Virus record (IMG/VR): IMGVR_UViG_3300048930_000192
Span: 1 to 64,000 of that record
From: a virus
Length of the DNA stretch: 64,000 nt
Reading direction: 5' to 3' (one strand)
Below are positions 62,785 through 64,000 of the stretch, in pieces (the first letter of the stretch is position 1; each line of letters begins with the position of its first letter). The notes beneath the pieces are model-generated. The model saw only the letters and a list, made by a program, of their open reading frames with translations. It searched no databases and was not told the origin of the DNA. Position numbers and translations under genes: made by a program.

Positions 62785-64000
62785 TCAAGAACACTTGCTC
62801 CAACCACATGATTTGCAACTAACACAACCTTCTTCTCTAACCAAAGACTCGGATTTACACGAATCGCAAGATTGCCCGGTGACTTTTTCACCATTTGGAA
62901 TGTACTTTTTAAGTATTCTGCCAATAGATTTACCAAACGAATGCATATCACCGGGAGCCTTCTCGATTTGATCTACTATAAATTTGATATCAGAACCGTG
63001 TCTTAGGCTCAAACTTGTCATTCTTGCTATGACAACTTCTTCGTCTGTAAACTTAGAAGAAATGTTCTCTATAACTATACCATCATCTGTGTGAAGGTCG
63101 TAATGGCCTCTCTTAATCTTTACTAGCTTTCCTTGTTTGCTGGGTGTTATTTTACCCTTACCAGCAAATATCTCATATGGTGTATTCTGATATTTGCCGA
63201 CCACCACAAAGAATTCTTCACCACCGACCTTGGTTTCATAGATATCACAATCAAGAGACTTTGGTCTTTTTGGTGCAGTTGTCTTATTAAATGAATCTTT
63301 CTTTGATTCGTTCGAGCCACCAGATATTAATACACCGGCTCTGCATTTGTCTCTATAAACGGTGAACCCCTTGCACCCATGTTCCCACGCTTTCATGTAA
63401 ACTTCTGATATTGTGTCTTTGGTGCAAGACTCTGGCACATTACAAGTTTTAGAAATTGCATGACATATCCATTTTTGAGCAACAGCCTGAATTTCTACAC
63501 TTGCCAGCCAATCAATATCGTTGGAAGTAGATTGATAATATGGTGACACTTTGTAGAACTCCAAATCGTCAGCAGTTTTACAATTCTTGCTTTCGTCTAG
63601 TTTATATCCGTTGATATCCATCCAAGATTTAAATGCATGATGAAAAACTGGGTATTCTTGCCACTTGTCGCCCATGTCATCAACAAAATCTACTCTAGAA
63701 TTTACATCATTTGGATTAATCTTCTTTCTTCTCTTATAAAATATCAAATATGCCGGTTCTATACCAGAAGTAGTTTGAGTCATTGTAGAAACAGATCCCG
63801 TTGGTGCAGTTGTAGTATTAGCAATATTTCTGCGACCATACTTCATATAAAGTTCCAAAAGTTCTGGATCTGAATTTATTATTCTAGATATAAATGGATG
63901 ATCTTTTTCTAGGTTTCTGTCGAATACTGGAAAACAACCACGTTCTCCAGCCATTATACAAGAAGACTTATAAGAGTTTATGGCCAAAGTTTGATAAATC
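62785..64000 (-). CDS. nrdJ: Class II (B12-dependent) ribonucleotide reductase, C-terminal part; 5' end is outside the window
   Basis: RRNIANTTTAPTGSVS, TTSGIEP, AISKTCN, KGFTVYRD, TSCPD-like domain and C-terminal CxxC..EEGC..C..CGWSKC; the frame is open to the window edge. Confidence 0.9.
   Translation of the reverse strand, partial: IYQTLAINSYKSSCIMAGERGCFPVFDRNLEKDHPFISRIINSDPELLELYMKYGRRNIANTTTAPTGSVSTMTQTTSGIEPAYLIFYKRRKKINPNDVNSRVDFVDDMGDKWQEYPVFHHAFKSWMDINGYKLDESKNCKTADDLEFYKVSPYYQSTSNDIDWLASVEIQAVAQKWICHAISKTCNVPESCTKDTISEVYMKAWEHGCKGFTVYRDKCRAGVLISGGSNESKKDSFNKTTAPKRPKSLDCDIYETKVGGEEFFVVVGKYQNTPYEIFAGKGKITPSKQGKLVKIKRGHYDLHTDDGIVIENISSKFTDEEVVIARMTSLSLRHGSDIKFIVDQIEKAPGDMHSFGKSIGRILKKYIPNGEKVTGQSCDSCKSESLVREEGCVSCKSCGWSKCS

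Overview
The window is a 64-kb segment of a large T4-like myovirus genome, with a gene order closer to aquatic/cyanophage-type T4-like phages than to T4 itself; the host cannot be determined from this sequence. Positions 1-48.3 kb (minus strand) hold the virion module: gp48, gp53, gp27, gp5, PAAR, gp25, gp6, gp7-like, gp8, a VrlC-like protein, a fibre cluster with collagen repeats and an embedded GT2-TPR glycosyltransferase, gp13-gp18, a GIY-YIG homing endonuclease, gp19, gp20, two prohead core/internal proteins, gp21, gp22 and gp23 (truncated, missing from the supplied ORF track). Positions 48.3-53.5 kb (plus strand) hold gp4, gp2, gp54-like, gp26, gp51-like and a probable tape measure. Positions 53.5-64 kb hold replication, repair and auxiliary genes (gp32, gp59, gp33, exonuclease, FmdB, UvsE, RNase H, DNA methyltransferase, PhoH, RuvC-like nuclease, partial class II RNR). 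Best leads: (1) a candidate virion-wide O-glycosylation system (SgtA-like GT2-TPR enzyme plus a G-x-T-G/A/S motif throughout the structural proteins, including the capsid); (2) an in-phase T-TTT-TTA -1 slippery site joining gp26 to gp51 just before the tape measure, like lambda G/GT; (3) a homing endonuclease whose C-terminus is a synonymously recoded copy of the tail-sheath C-terminus; (4) a very basic internal polyprotein with a T4-like capsid-targeting N-terminus; (5) a perfect 27-codon duplication in the tape measure, about one tail ring long. All calls come from motif recognition and synteny by eye; no database search was run.
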